A stretch of 64,000 nt of DNA from Candidatus Rokubacteria bacterium RIFCSPLOWO2_02_FULL_73_56. GTDB taxonomy: Bacteria > Methylomirabilota > Methylomirabilia > Rokubacteriales > CSP1-6. The notes beneath the pieces were generated by a model. That model saw only the letters and a program-made list of their open reading frames with translations, made no database searches and was not told the DNA's origin. The DNA lies in contig MGCF01000114.1 in assembly GCA_001788495.1 (NCBI GenBank), forward strand, positions 1,074 to 65,073, read 5' to 3'. Position 1 is the first letter of the stretch. Every line of letters begins with the position of its first letter. Positions 1 to 11,000 of this stretch are shown here, in pieces. The translations under genes were made by a program, and so were the position numbers.

Positions 1-407
1 TCGACGGTCATCTCGCTCGTCAGCCGCACGCCGCTGCCCGGGACCTCCTCGGCGGCGAGGAGCTTCGCGCGCAGGCGCACCCGGGCGCCCGCGGGCACCG
101 CGTTGGTGAACCGGACGCGGTTCGAGCCGTAGTTGAGGCCGCGGCTCCGGCGGGTGACCTGGAGCAGCGTGGCCGCCAGCCGCGGGACGAGGGAGAGCGT
201 GAGGTAGCCGTGGGCGATGGTCGTGCCGCCGGGCATCTCGCGGCGCGCGCGCTCCACGTCCACGTGGATCCACTGGTGGTCGCCGGTCGCGTCGGCGAAC
301 TTGTCGATCGCGGCCTGGTCCACGACGATCCAGTCCGACGGCCCGAGCTCCCGGCCGACGTGCTGCAGCAGGTCCCTGGGGTACTCGACGGTCAGTGTGG
401 TGGCCAT
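1..407 (-). CDS. MaoC-like (R)-specific enoyl-CoA hydratase / hot-dog fold dehydratase, N-terminal 135 aa; 3' end outside window
   Basis: Reverse-complement translation from ATG at 407-405 gives MATTLTVEYPRDLLQHVGRELGPSDWIVVDQAAIDKFADATGDHQWIHVDVERARREMPGGTTIAHGYLTLSLVP... The DQxxIDxFAxxTGDxQxIHxD...G..IAHG motif is the MaoC dehydratase signature. The frame is open to nt 1. Confidence 0.75.
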   Translation of the reverse strand, partial: MATTLTVEYPRDLLQHVGRELGPSDWIVVDQAAIDKFADATGDHQWIHVDVERARREMPGGTTIAHGYLTLSLVPRLAATLLQVTRRSRGLNYGSNRVRFTNAVPAGARVRLRAKLLAAEEVPGSGVRLTSEMTV

Positions 408-417
408 GCCGGCGATC

Positions 418-1494
418 CTACCGCACCGCCGCCGCGGTCCGGCAGACGTAGATGCTGTTCTGCGGCCCCGGGGCGTCGAACACCTCGACCGTGCCGAAGC
501 CGGCCTCGGCGAGGAGCCGCCGCGCCGCCTGTTCGCCCCACGCGGTGCCGAGCCCCGCGCCGCCCTCGGCGAGGGAGACCGTCATGCAGTGGAGCACGCT
601 CATGCCGTACATGTACGGCGTGAACGGACTGCCGATGTTGTCCTCGAGGCGGCTCGACGCCTTGGGCTCGACCATGAGGTAGATCCCGTCCGGCGCGAGC
701 GCGGCCGCGATGCGGCGGAGCACCGCCGCGGGATCGCGCTGGTCGTGGATCGCGTCGAACGTCGTGACCAGGTCGAAGGCCGGCTCGGCGGGCAGCCGGG
801 TCACGTCGAGCGCCTCGAAGCGCGCGTTGGCGAGCCCCAGGCCGCGCGCCTCCTCGCGGCCGCGCGCGACCGCCTCCTCGCTCCAGTCGTAGCCGACGAA
901 GGTCGAGCGCGGGTACGCGCGCGCCATCACGTTGACCGCGTGGCCCGTGCCGCAGCCCACGTCCGCGACGCGGAGGCCCGCCGCGAGCCGCTCGGGAAGC
1001 CCCTGCGCCACGGGCAGGAAGCCCTTGACCAGGAGCCCGTCGTAGAGGAGCCGCCACGAGGCGTCCTGCGCCTCGGTGAAGTCCGGCCGGTACGCCGCGT
1101 ACGGGACGCCGCCACCCGCACGGAAGCAGTCGATGACCTGCGGCAGGCGCTTGGCGAGCATCGTGAGCGTCTGGCTCGCGGGCGCCAGGTTGCGGCTCGA
1201 CGTCCCCGTCAGGCACGTCGCGTGCTCCGGCGGCAGCGTGAAGCGTCGCGACGTCCGGTCGTACTCGACGACCCCGCCCGTCGCCATGGCCGCGAGCCAC
1301 TCGCGGACGTAGCGCTCGTCGAGCCCCGCGCGCGCGGCCAGCTCCGCGCTCGTCGCCGGGCCCTTGGCGGCCGCCTCGAAGAGGCCGGTCTTGAAGCCGA
1401 TCTGCACCATCAGCGTCAGGAGCCCGCTCGTGTAGAAGCCGAAGAGCTTGCGGGCGAACTCCTGGACGCGCTGCCGGTCGAGCGTGGGCTCCAT
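418..1494 (-). CDS. Class I SAM-dependent O-methyltransferase (family-2-like, with N-terminal winged-helix dimerisation region), 358 aa
   Basis: ORF 418..1689 trimmed to ATG at 1494-1492 (MEPTLDRQRVQEFARKLFGFYTSGLL...). A GGGGAGGG Shine-Dalgarno sits 4-11 nt upstream. The in-frame extension to 1689 is Arg/Pro-rich low complexity. SAM motif I is VADVGCGTGHAV, followed by FDLVTTFDAIHD (motif II/III-like). Stop is TAG at 420-418. Confidence 0.8.
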   Translation of the reverse strand: MEPTLDRQRVQEFARKLFGFYTSGLLTLMVQIGFKTGLFEAAAKGPATSAELAARAGLDERYVREWLAAMATGGVVEYDRTSRRFTLPPEHATCLTGTSSRNLAPASQTLTMLAKRLPQVIDCFRAGGGVPYAAYRPDFTEAQDASWRLLYDGLLVKGFLPVAQGLPERLAAGLRVADVGCGTGHAVNVMARAYPRSTFVGYDWSEEAVARGREEARGLGLANARFEALDVTRLPAEPAFDLVTTFDAIHDQRDPAAVLRRIAAALAPDGIYLMVEPKASSRLEDNIGSPFTPYMYGMSVLHCMTVSLAEGGAGLGTAWGEQAARRLLAEAGFGTVEVFDAPGPQNSIYVCRTAAAVR

Positions 1495-1669
1495 GGTCCC
1501 TCCCCGCGGCCCGGGGCCGGCCGCTGGCCGCACGATAGGGCGACGACCGCCCGCGATCAAGCGGCGGCGGCGCGCGCGAGGAGACCGGCGCAGACGCGCA
1601 CCGACGTCAGGATCGTGACCCTGGGGGACGGCGTGCTGGAGGGGGGAGCCGTCCGGCGCCGGCAAGGAA

Positions 1670-1690
1670 CGTGTCAGACGGTCTGACACG
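1670..1690. promoter_or_regulatory. Perfect 21-bp palindrome CGTGTCAGAC-G-GTCTGACACG, plus a third GTGTCAG half-site at 1695-1701; candidate enhancer/operator (UAS)
   Basis: Read directly: 10-bp inverted arms with no mismatch around a central G, in the divergent intergenic region. Its centre is 94 bp upstream of the sigma-54 -24 GG. Confidence 0.55.
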
Positions 1691-1772
1691 AGTCGTGTCA
1701 GTCAGGCGCCAGGGTGGCACATTGGCATTCGACAACGCAATCTTTCCGGATGGTTGACGATTCGATTGGCTG

Positions 1773-1788
1773 TGGCACCTTGCTTGCT
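1773..1788 (+). promoter_or_regulatory. Sigma-54 (RpoN) promoter, exact -24/-12 consensus TGGCAC-N5-TTGCT
   Basis: tgTGGCACcttgcTTGCTttttt. The GG is at 1774-1775 and the GC at 1786-1787, with the canonical spacing. The local region 1700-1835 is distinctly less GC-rich than its surroundings. Predicted TSS near 1799, ahead of the RBS GGAGGGAGG (1818-1826) and ATG 1834. Confidence 0.6.
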
Positions 1789-1833
1789 TTTTTCGAGCGT
1801 CAGCAGCTTTGCCAGGCGGAGGGAGGTGTCACC

Positions 1834-2031
1834 ATGGCAGAGTTCAAGCGCATCAAGATCCGCGCGACGCTGGCGACGGGCGTCATGCTTCTCACCGACT
1901 CGGACATCGACCGCAGAGTCGCCGAGGTGTGCGCCAAGCTCAAGGACAGCGGCCTGACGCTCGAGGCGATCGAGGCCGAGGAGCAGGCGCCGGTCAATCC
2001 GGAAGTCGCGATCCCCGCGTACGACGGCTGA
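1834..2031 (+). CDS. Hypothetical small protein, 65 aa (MAEFKRIKIRATLATGVMLLTDSDIDRRVAEVCAKLKDSGLTLEAIEAEEQAPVNPEVAIPAYDG)
   Basis: ATG at 1834 is preceded by a strong SD GGAGGGAGG 7 nt upstream and by the sigma-54 promoter. The track start at 1714 lies upstream of the predicted TSS and lacks an SD. The gene is convergent with the giant gene (15 bp between stops). I recognise no family. Confidence 0.5.
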   Translation: MAEFKRIKIRATLATGVMLLTDSDIDRRVAEVCAKLKDSGLTLEAIEAEEQAPVNPEVAIPAYDG

Positions 2032-2046
2032 GCCGGGAGGCGCCCC

Positions 2047-5000
2047 CTACCACCAGCAGCCCGGCTTGGGCGCCGGCTTGGGATCCGGGCGGATGACGAA
2101 GGCCTGGTCGTGGGCCTCGTCGTCCAGGTCGAGGTCATAGTACGGTGCCCACGGACTCGGCGAGCCGAGCGCCTGGCTGGTCCCGTACACGTCCAGGTGC
2201 CCCGCCCAGATGACCAGGCGCGCCTTCAGGATGTTCGCGAGCGTCGACGAGGTGTCGTGGCCGCTCCGGATCGTGTCCCGGTCCTTGCTCTTCTTGCCGG
2301 TCGCGCCCTCGAGCGTGTCGCTGTCGCCGCCGCCCACCAGGTAGTCGTCGCCGTCCCCGCCGTATAGCCGGTCCCGGCCGTCCTGGCCGAACATCACGTC
2401 GTCGCCGGCGCCGCCGTAGAGCGTGTCGTCGCCGGCCGTGACCTGGAAGTCCTCCTGGTCGTGGTCGTCGTGATCGTCGTGGTCGTGGTGCTCGTGGTGG
2501 TGCCACCAGCCGTGGTGGTGCTCGTGGTGCCCGATCTCGGTGAGGTCCTCGACCGCCTCCCACGCCTCGTCGATCGCCCAGCGGTCCTGCCAGCTCGGGC
2601 TGAACGTCGTGCTCACGTTCGGCGCCACCAGCGCGAGGCTGTCCCCGAACATCACGTCGTTGCCGTTGCCGCCGTCGAGCACGTCGTTGCCGAGCGTGAC
2701 GATGTCACCGGCCCCGTGGTGATGCCAGCTGCCGTGGTGCGACCAGTAGTCGTCGTGCCACGCCTGATGGCGGTGGCGGCCATGGTCCTTCCAGCCCCAC
2801 CAGTCGCCGTCCCACCAGTCACCGTCGTGCCAGCGGTGGTGCGGCTTCGAGGCCTTCCCGCCCTCCGTCAGCGTGACGTTCGCCGTCAGGTGGAGCTTCT
2901 GGTCGCCGACCAGGAGGTCGTCGCCGTCGCCGCCCAGGAGGGTGTCGGCGCCGATCGAGATCCGGTCCACGTGGTGGCGGAGCACGTCCTTCCAGGACCA
3001 GCCGCTCTTCACCTGGACGATCTCGTTGCGCAGGTGGTGCTGGATGTCGCCCAGCTCGAGCGCGGCGTGCTCGAGCTCCCCGCCGACGAGCTGGAGGCCG
3101 TCCACCAGGAACTCGAAGTCGTCCACGAGGGCGACCGGCATGGTGAAGTTCTGGGCGAGCACCGTGGAGTCGTCGCCCACCAGCACGTCGTTGCCCGCGC
3201 CGCCGTCGAGGAGGTCGGCGGCGATCGTGATCGTCGCGTCCACGACGGTCTCCTGCTTCCAGATGCCCGACCGCCACAGAGCCTCGGACACGGCGTGGTG
3301 GAGGACGGCCGTGAGGTCCGCGAAGTCGTCGGCGATGTCGAGCAGGTCGCCGGTCAGGCCGATCGCCTGCTCCATGCGCGTGTCCGTGAAGACGAGGGAC
3401 GCCGCGAGCACGGTGGAGTTGTCGCCGACCAGCGTGTCCTCGCCCGCGCCGCCGGTGAGCGTGTCGTTGCCGGCGACCAGGTCGAGGTGCGAGCGGACGT
3501 CCGGCACGACCGAGGCGAACGGCACGAGGTAGCTGCCGTCCGCACGGTGCAGGACGTTGTCCGCCGGGAAGAGCGGGATCCCGCCCAGCACGCCGAGCAC
3601 CGCCGGCAGCGGGTCCACGTCGTGGCCCGGGACCACCGATACCAGGGGCACGAGCGTCGTGCCGTCGGGGCCGAGCACCACGCCGGCGGCGGCCTCCACC
3701 GAGCCGGGGCCGGCGATGAGCCGGAGCGCGTGGACGACGTTCGGCACCGCGCCGTCGCCCGTCACGACCGTGGACCGGTCGCCCACGAGCTGGTCGTCGC
3801 CGTCGCCGCCGTCGAGCACGTCGTCGCCGAGGTCGCCCTCGAGGTAGTCGTTGCCGGGGCCGCCGGTCAGCGTGTCCTCGCCGCGGCCCGCGTAGAGGGC
3901 GTCGTCGCCCGCGCCGCCGTCGAGCACGTCGTCACCGTCCGGCACGAGCGTGACCAGGAACAGCTCGGTGTCCCACCGGTGCGTCCAGTGCTCCCACCAC
4001 CGGACGGGCGCCCGGTCGGGCACCAGGTCGTGGCCCCCGTCGGCGTCGAAGGCGCCCGTGACCAGGATGAGGTCGGCGCCGACGAGCGCGGCCGCGAGCT
4101 CCGGGGTGAGGTCGTCCCAGCGGAGCCCGTCCAGGTCGTACCGGGCCGTGAGCATGCCCACGTCGGTCAGCCAGACGTCGCGGTGCACCGAGCCGTTCGG
4201 GTTGAGCCGGCCCATGCGCTCGATCACGCCCGTGTCGCCCAGCAGGATGTCGTGGCCCGCCTCGCCGTAGAGCGTGTCGTTCCCGAGCTCGCCGTACAGC
4301 TCGTCGTCGCCCGCACCGCCGTAGAGGGTGTCGTCGCCGTCCTGGCCGTGGATCACGTCGGCGCCGCCGAGCGTCGGCGGGCCCGACGTCACCAACGGCG
4401 GCGTCACCGTGAGGTCGACCGTGCCGTTGTCGCCGACGACGATGTCGTTCCCGGTGCCGGCGGTGATGAAGTCGTCCGCCGCGCCGCCGAGGATGATGTC
4501 GTCGTTCGCGCCGCCCTCGATCGTGTCGGGGCCGCCGATCGTCGGGTCGGTCGTCTCCACCCGCGTCACGACGCCGGCGGTGCGCATCACGATCCCGTTG
4601 TCGCCCAGGATCACGTCGAAGCCGGCGCCGCCGGTGAGCAGGTCGCCCTCGGCGCCGCCCAGGATGATGTTGTCGCCGGCGCCGCCCGTGATCGTGTCGG
4701 CACCGCCGATGGCGGGCTCGGTCGTGAACACGTCGCCGCCGACGATCACCTCGCCGTTGTCGCCCAGGATGATGTTGGTGCCGCCCGGCGCGCTGATCAC
4801 GTCGGCGAAGGTGCCGCCCAGGATGATGTTCTGGCCGCCCAGGCTGGTGATGGTGTCCGGGCCGCCGGTGGTCCCGTCCTCGTCGCCCGTGATGACCCGC
4901 GTGACGACGCCGGCCGTCCGGAGCACCGCGCCGTTGTCGCCGAGGACCGTGTTGGTGCCGCCGCCCAGCGTGATCGCGTCGCCCGCCGCGCCGCCCAGGA

Positions 5001-8000
5001 TGATGTTGTCCGCGCCGCCGAGGATCACGTCGGCGCCGCCGATGGCGGGCTCGGTGGTGACCACGTCCCCGTCCACCACCACGTCGCCGTTGTCGCCGAG
5101 CACGATGTTCGTCCCGAACGACGCGTCGATGACGTCGCCGCCGATGCCGCCCAGGATGACGTTCCGGCCGCCCAGGCTCACGATCACGTCGGCGGCGCCC
5201 GTCGTCCCGTCCTCGTCGAACGTCTCCACGCGGGTCACCTGGTGGTCGCCGTCGCGGTACACGATGCCGTTGTCGCCCAGCACCGTGTTGGTCCCGCCGC
5301 GCAGCGTGATCGTGTCGCTGCCGACGCCGCCCAGGATGAAGTTGGTGCTCCCGGCCAGGATCGTGTCGTCGCCGCCGAGGTCGGGCTCGGTCGTCTGGAT
5401 GTCGTTGGCCACCGGCTGGTTCAGGGTCACCTCGCCGTTGTCGCCCAGGAGGATGTTGCTGCTCCCGCTCGCGGTCTCGATCGAGTCCTGGCCCACGCCG
5501 CCCAGGATCACGTTCACGCCGGCCTGGCTCAGGATCGTGTCGTCGCTCGCCGCCAGCGGCCCGAGGTCGGTCGTGAACACCTTCGTGACGTCGCCGAGGG
5601 TCCCGAGCGAGATGCCGCCGTTGCGGTTCACCTGGCCGTTGTCGCCCAGGACCACCGCGGTGCCGCCGCCCAGCGTGATCGCGTCGTTCCCGAACCCGCC
5701 CAGGATGATGTTGTCGCTGCCGGCCAGGATCGTGTCGTCGCCGCCCAGCGTCAGCTCGGTCGTCCAGATGTCGTTGGCGAGCGGCTGGTTCAGGTTCACC
5801 TCGCCGTCGTCGCCCAGGATGATGTTCTGGCTCCCGCCGGTCGCCTCGATGCGGTCCGCGCCCACGCCGCCCAGGAGGATGTTGGTCCCGCCCTGGCTCA
5901 GGATCGTGTCGTCGCCACCCGTCGCGCTCGTCGTGTCGGTGGTGACCACGCGGGTCACCGTGGTGACGAGCTGCCCGAGGGCGTCCAGCGCGCCCGTGCG
6001 GCTCACGTGGCCGTTGTCGCCCAGGACCACCGCCGTGCCGGTCAGCAGCTCGACGTGGTCCTGGCCGAAGCCGCCCAGGATGACGTTGTTGCTGCCGGCG
6101 AAGATCTGGTCGGCACCGCCGAGGTCGAGGTCGGTCGTGAAGACGTCCTCGTCGCCGACCCGGTTCAGGTTCACCACGCCGTTGTCGCCGAGCACGATGT
6201 TGTCGCTGCCGCCCGTCGCCTCGATCGTGTCACCGGCCACGCCGCCCAGGATGATGTTCACCCCGCCCTGGCTGAGGATCGTGTCGGGCCCGCCCGTCGC
6301 GGCCGTGCCATCCGTGGTCCGGACCTGGGTCACGACCCCGGCGGTGCGCGTCACGGAGCCGTTGTCGCCGAGCACGGTGTTCGTGCCCGCGCCCAGCGTG
6401 ATCAGGTCGGATCCTGCGCCGCCCAGGATCGTGTTGGTGGCGCCGCCGGTGATGACGTCGTCGCCGCCGACCGCGAGGTCGGTGCTGAAGATGTCACCGC
6501 CGACGTTCACCTCGCCGTTGTCGCCCAGCACGACGTTGCTGCCCACCGGGGCGTCGAGGAAGTCGCCGGCGACGCCGCCCAGGATGATGTTCACCCCGCC
6601 CAGGCTCGTGATGTGGTCCACGCCGCCCGTGAGCGCGCTGCCGTCCGTCGTGAACACGCGGGTGACGACGCCGCCCGTGCGGAGGACGTGGCCGTTGTCG
6701 CCGAGGACGACGTTGGCGCCGCTGTTGAGCGTGATCGTGTCCTGGCCGAAGCCGCCCAGGATGATGTTGTCCGCAGGGCCGGTGACCGACACGCCCGTGG
6801 CCTCGATGACGTCGTCGCCGCCCAGGTCGAGGTCCGTGGTCTGCACGTCGCCGTCGACGATCACGTCGCCGTTGTCGCCGAGGACGATGTTGCTGCTGCC
6901 CACCAGCGCGTCGATCGTGTCGCCCGCCACGCCGCCCAGGATCACGTTCACGCCGCCCTGGCTCGTGATGTGGTCCACGCCGCCCGTGAGCGCCGTCGTG
7001 TCCGTCGTCGTCACCTGCGTGGTCTGCTCGCTGCCGTCCCGGCGCACCACGCCGTTGTCGCCGAGGACCACGTTGGTGCCCGAGCCGATCGTGATGTCGT
7101 CGGGCCCGAAGCCGCCCAGGATGATGTTGTTGCTGCCCGACTCGATCGTGTCGTGGTCGCCCAGCGCGCCGGGGCCGCTCACGATCGAGTAGATGTCGTT
7201 GCTCACCGGCTGGTTCAGGTTCACCACGCCGTTGTCGCCGAGGATGACGTTGGCGCTGCCGACCAGCGCCTCGATGACGTCCTGGCCGACGCCGCCGAGG
7301 ATCACGTTCACGCCGCCCTGGCTCGTGATCGTGTCGCCGCCGCCCGTCGTGGCCAGCGTGTCGGCCGTCGCGACCTGCGTCGGCGTCTCCGCGCCGTCGC
7401 GGCGGACCACGCCGTTGTCGCCGAGCACGGTGTTGGTGCCGCTGCCCAGCGTGATCTCGTCGGCGCCGAAGCCGCCCAGGATGATGTTGTTCGTCCCTGA
7501 GAAGATGAAGTCCCGGTCGCCCAGGTCGAGCTCCGTGCTCTCGATATCGTTGGCCACCGGCTGGTTCAGGTTCACCTCGCCGTTGTCGCCCAGGATGACG
7601 TTGCGGCTGCCGCCCGTGGCGTCGATCCCGTCCTCGCCCACGCCGCCCAGGATCACGTTGACGCCGGCCGTGACCGTGATCGTGTCGCCGCCGCCCGTGC
7701 CGGCCGTGACGTCGGTGCTCTTCACCTGGTACGGCGTCTCGCCGCCGTCGCGCCGCACCGTGCCGTTGTCGCCGAGCACCGTGTTGACACCGCCGAGCAG
7801 CCGGATCTCGTCGGCGCCGAAGCCACCGAGGATGATGTTGTTGCTGCCCGAGAAGATCTGGTCGTCGTCGCCCAGCGCACCCGGCCCGTCCACGATCGAG
7901 GCGATGTCGTTGGCGGCGGCCTGGTTGAGGTCCACCACGCCGTTGTCGCCCAGGATGATGTTGCTGCTGCCGCCCGTGGCGTGGATCTCGTCCCGGCCCA

Positions 8001-11000
8001 CGCCGCCCAGGATCACGTTGACGCCGGCCGCGCTGGTGATGACGTCGCGGGCGCCCGTCGTGTCGTCCACGTCGGTCGTGGCCACGGTCAGGACGGTCTC
8101 GTCCGGCGCCGGTCCGCGCAGGACCTGGCCGTTGTCGCCGAGGATGACCGCGTTGCCGAGCCCGGTCGTGATCGTGTCGGTGCCGAAGCCGCCGATGATG
8201 ATCGAGCGGCCGCTGTCGCCGCCCTCGATGATGTCGTCGCCGCCGATGCCCGGCGCCACGCTGGCGATGTCGTTGGCGGGCGCCTGGTTGACCGTCACGT
8301 CGCCGTTGTCGCCCAGGATGATGTCGCTGCCCGCGCTGGCCTCGATGACGTCGCCCATGGCGCCGCCGATGATGATGTCGTTCCCGACGCCGCTGGTGAT
8401 CCGGTCCACGCCGCCGGTGGCCGGGTCGATCGAGGTCACGCGCTGCACCACGCCGCCGATCCGCGCGACCAGGCCGCCGTCGCCCAGGATCACGTTGTCG
8501 CCCTGGCCGCCCAGCAGCGTGTCGTTGCCGGCGCCGCCGATGAGGATCGAGCGGTTGCCGAACCCGGCCGCGAGCGCGTCCTCGGAGCCGGTGAGCACGT
8601 CGGCGCCGCCGATGGCGGGCGCGATCGTGAAGACGTCGCCGTCGAGGTCCACCACACCGGAGTCGCCGAGCACCACGTCGCCGCCCAGGCTGGCGGTGAC
8701 GACGTCGCCCGCGGCGCCCGCGATGGCCACGTCGGCGCCGCTGCCGCCGTCGATGGTGTCGAGTCCGCCGCGGGCCGGCAGCAGGGACTCGACCCGGGCC
8801 GGGGCGCCGGCGTCGAAGATCACCCGGGCGTAGTCGCCGACCAGCACGTCGTCGCCCTCACCGCCGAGCAGCGTCTCGCGGATCGGGTCGCCGGCCACGT
8901 CGGCGTTGTCGCCGCCGATGAGGATGTCGTCGCCGAGGCCGCCCGCCAGCGTGTCCACGCCGTCCACGTCCGCCTCCACCGTGACCAGGAGGTACGGATG
9001 GCGCACCGTGCCGGCCGTCACGTCCTCCGGTCCGCCGTGGCCGCGGACGGCCGTGGCCAGCGCCTGGAGCTGCCCGAGCGGCAGGCCGAGGTCCACCGCG
9101 CCCGGGTCGGCGAAGAACAGCAGGCGGCCGCGGTCGCCGACGAGGACGTCGCCGGCGTCGCCGCCGGTGATCACGTCCCGGTCCTTGCCGCCGAACACGA
9201 CGAGCGGCAGCGTCGAGCCGGTGCCGAGGACCGTGTCCTCGTCGTCGGTCACGGCGCCGACCGCCGACGTCTCCGTGATCCGCTTCGTCATCCGGACCAC
9301 GACCAGCGCGCCCGCCGGCGGCGTGGCCGCCGCCGTGAACGTCACGGTGTCCGCGGCCGGGTCCACCACGACACCGTCCAGGTCGGCCAGGTCGACCCCG
9401 TTGACCGACACGCCCACGACCTCGGTCACGCCGGGCTGGAGGTCCTCGCCGACGTGCAGGACGGGCGCCGCATCGTCGAAGGTGAAGGCCTCGGCCACCG
9501 TCCGCACGATCTCCACCTCGACCGACGCGCCGAGGAGCGGGCTCACCAGCAGGCCGATCCGGTCCAGGCCGAAGTCGGCCGAGAACTGGTCCGCCGTGAG
9601 CGCCACGCCGTCGACGGCGACGCTCACGAGGTCGGCCGGCGTGTCCGGGCCGGCGGCGTTCAGGCCGGCCGCCACCGGCACCAGCACGCTGTACTGGCCC
9701 TGCGTGTTCAGCACGAACCGGCCGTCGTCCGCCGCCTGCAGCGACACGGTGACGACGTCGTTCCCCAGGCCCGTGTTGAGCGTGGTCACCGTCTCGACCG
9801 GCTGGCCGCCCTCGGTGGCCGCCGGGCGGAAGTGCGTGTCGTCCACGGTGATCACGTCGGCGCCCGAGCCCGTCCAGATCGTGATGCCGCGCGCGAAGTC
9901 GCCCGCGGCGTCGGCGCGGAAGGTGATGCCGGCGGGCGCCAGGCCGACGATGAAGATCTCGGCGTCGCTCGCGACGTTCGGATCGACGGCCGCCGCCGCC
10001 GCGAGGCTGTCCGTGATCAGCACGCTGCGGCCGGCCGCGCTCGCCTCGTTGCTGATCATCAGCTGGTGGCGGCCGGTGCCGGCGTCGATGTTCAGCGTGC
10101 CGAGGAACGTGCCGAGGTGGCCGGACAGGAAGGCCGGTGTCTCGCCCATGGCCACGTTGGCCGCCGACGACACGTAGATCCACTCGTCGCCGTCGCCGAG
10201 GTCGAGGTTCGTCACCGCCGACGTGCCCGTGACGTTGACGACGTCGTCGCTGCCGAGCCTCACGTCCAGCAGGTCCACGCCGTAGTAGTTGATCCCGTCC
10301 AGCCGCGTCGCGACCGCCACCGTGCCCAGGAGGGCCGAGACGTCCACGAACGCGATGGCGATGTCGCGGTGCTCGCCCCGGAAGCCCAGGTGGTACGTGG
10401 TGCCGTGCTGCTCGACCGCCACGTTGTCCGTGAACGGCAGCGCCGGGTTGGCGTTGTTCGGGTTGAGCACCGCGCTCAGCGCCTCGAGCACCGCCGCCGC
10501 CGAGGCGTTGAACGCGATCGGCGCCGTGGCGAAGTCCTGGGCGACACCCTCGGCGTTGGCGCGGACGAAGTGGAGCACGAAGCTGCCGCCGGTCGCGTCC
10601 ACCGTCAGCGTCTGCACGGTGTCGCGCTCCGTCGTCAGCGCGCCGTCGCGCAGCGTGGCCACGCGCACGTCGGTGGACGCGCCGAGGCCGGCCACCAGCC
10701 CGGTCGTCTCGCGGGTCTCGCCCCACTCGAGCGGCGCGTGGTCGACGCCGGCCTGGCCGCGGATGAACGTCACCCGGTGGGTCACGTCCACACCGGTGCG
10801 GATCGACGACACCTTGAGGTCGTCGAAGCCGTAGAGCGCGCGCAGCCGCTCGGCCACGGCCTCGTCGTCCATCCCGTAGTCGAGGGTGACCAGGGCGAAG
10901 CCGGCGCCGCGCTCCACGAAGTCCGTGGTGGTGTCGGGCAGGCCCGTCTCGGTGCCGTAGCCCGGCGTGCGGAGCCGGTAGGTGCCCGAGGCGGCCTGCA

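Noticed and set aside
217-1686. Plus-strand ORF of 489 aa over the methyltransferase/MaoC region, and 392..1300 minus
   Set aside because: Shadow frames with Arg/Pro-rich translations. The minus-strand frames give clean MaoC and methyltransferase motifs with proper RBSs.
1495-1689. N-terminal extension of the methyltransferase ORF to 1689 (MSDRLTRSLPAPDG...RRRRLIAGGRRP...)
   Set aside because: Low-complexity Arg-rich extension. A strong Shine-Dalgarno sits immediately before ATG 1494, and the methyltransferase fold begins there.
1670-1690. Calling the palindrome a NifA UAS (TGT-N10-ACA)
   Set aside because: The spacing here is TGT-N11-ACA, so it is not an exact NifA site. I call it a generic enhancer/operator candidate only.
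1714-1833. Upstream start (ATG 1714) for the small ORF
   Set aside because: It lies upstream of the predicted sigma-54 transcription start and has no RBS. ATG 1834 has a near-perfect SD. It cannot be excluded without TSS data.
2461-7500. Plus-strand ORF of 1,679 aa and many other long plus-strand ORFs (7981..14298, 45410..49177, etc.)
   Set aside because: These are antisense shadow frames of the giant gene. Their translations are Val/Pro/Ala/Arg low-complexity strings with no domain motifs, and they exist only because A/T-containing stop codons are rare in this GC3-saturated sequence.
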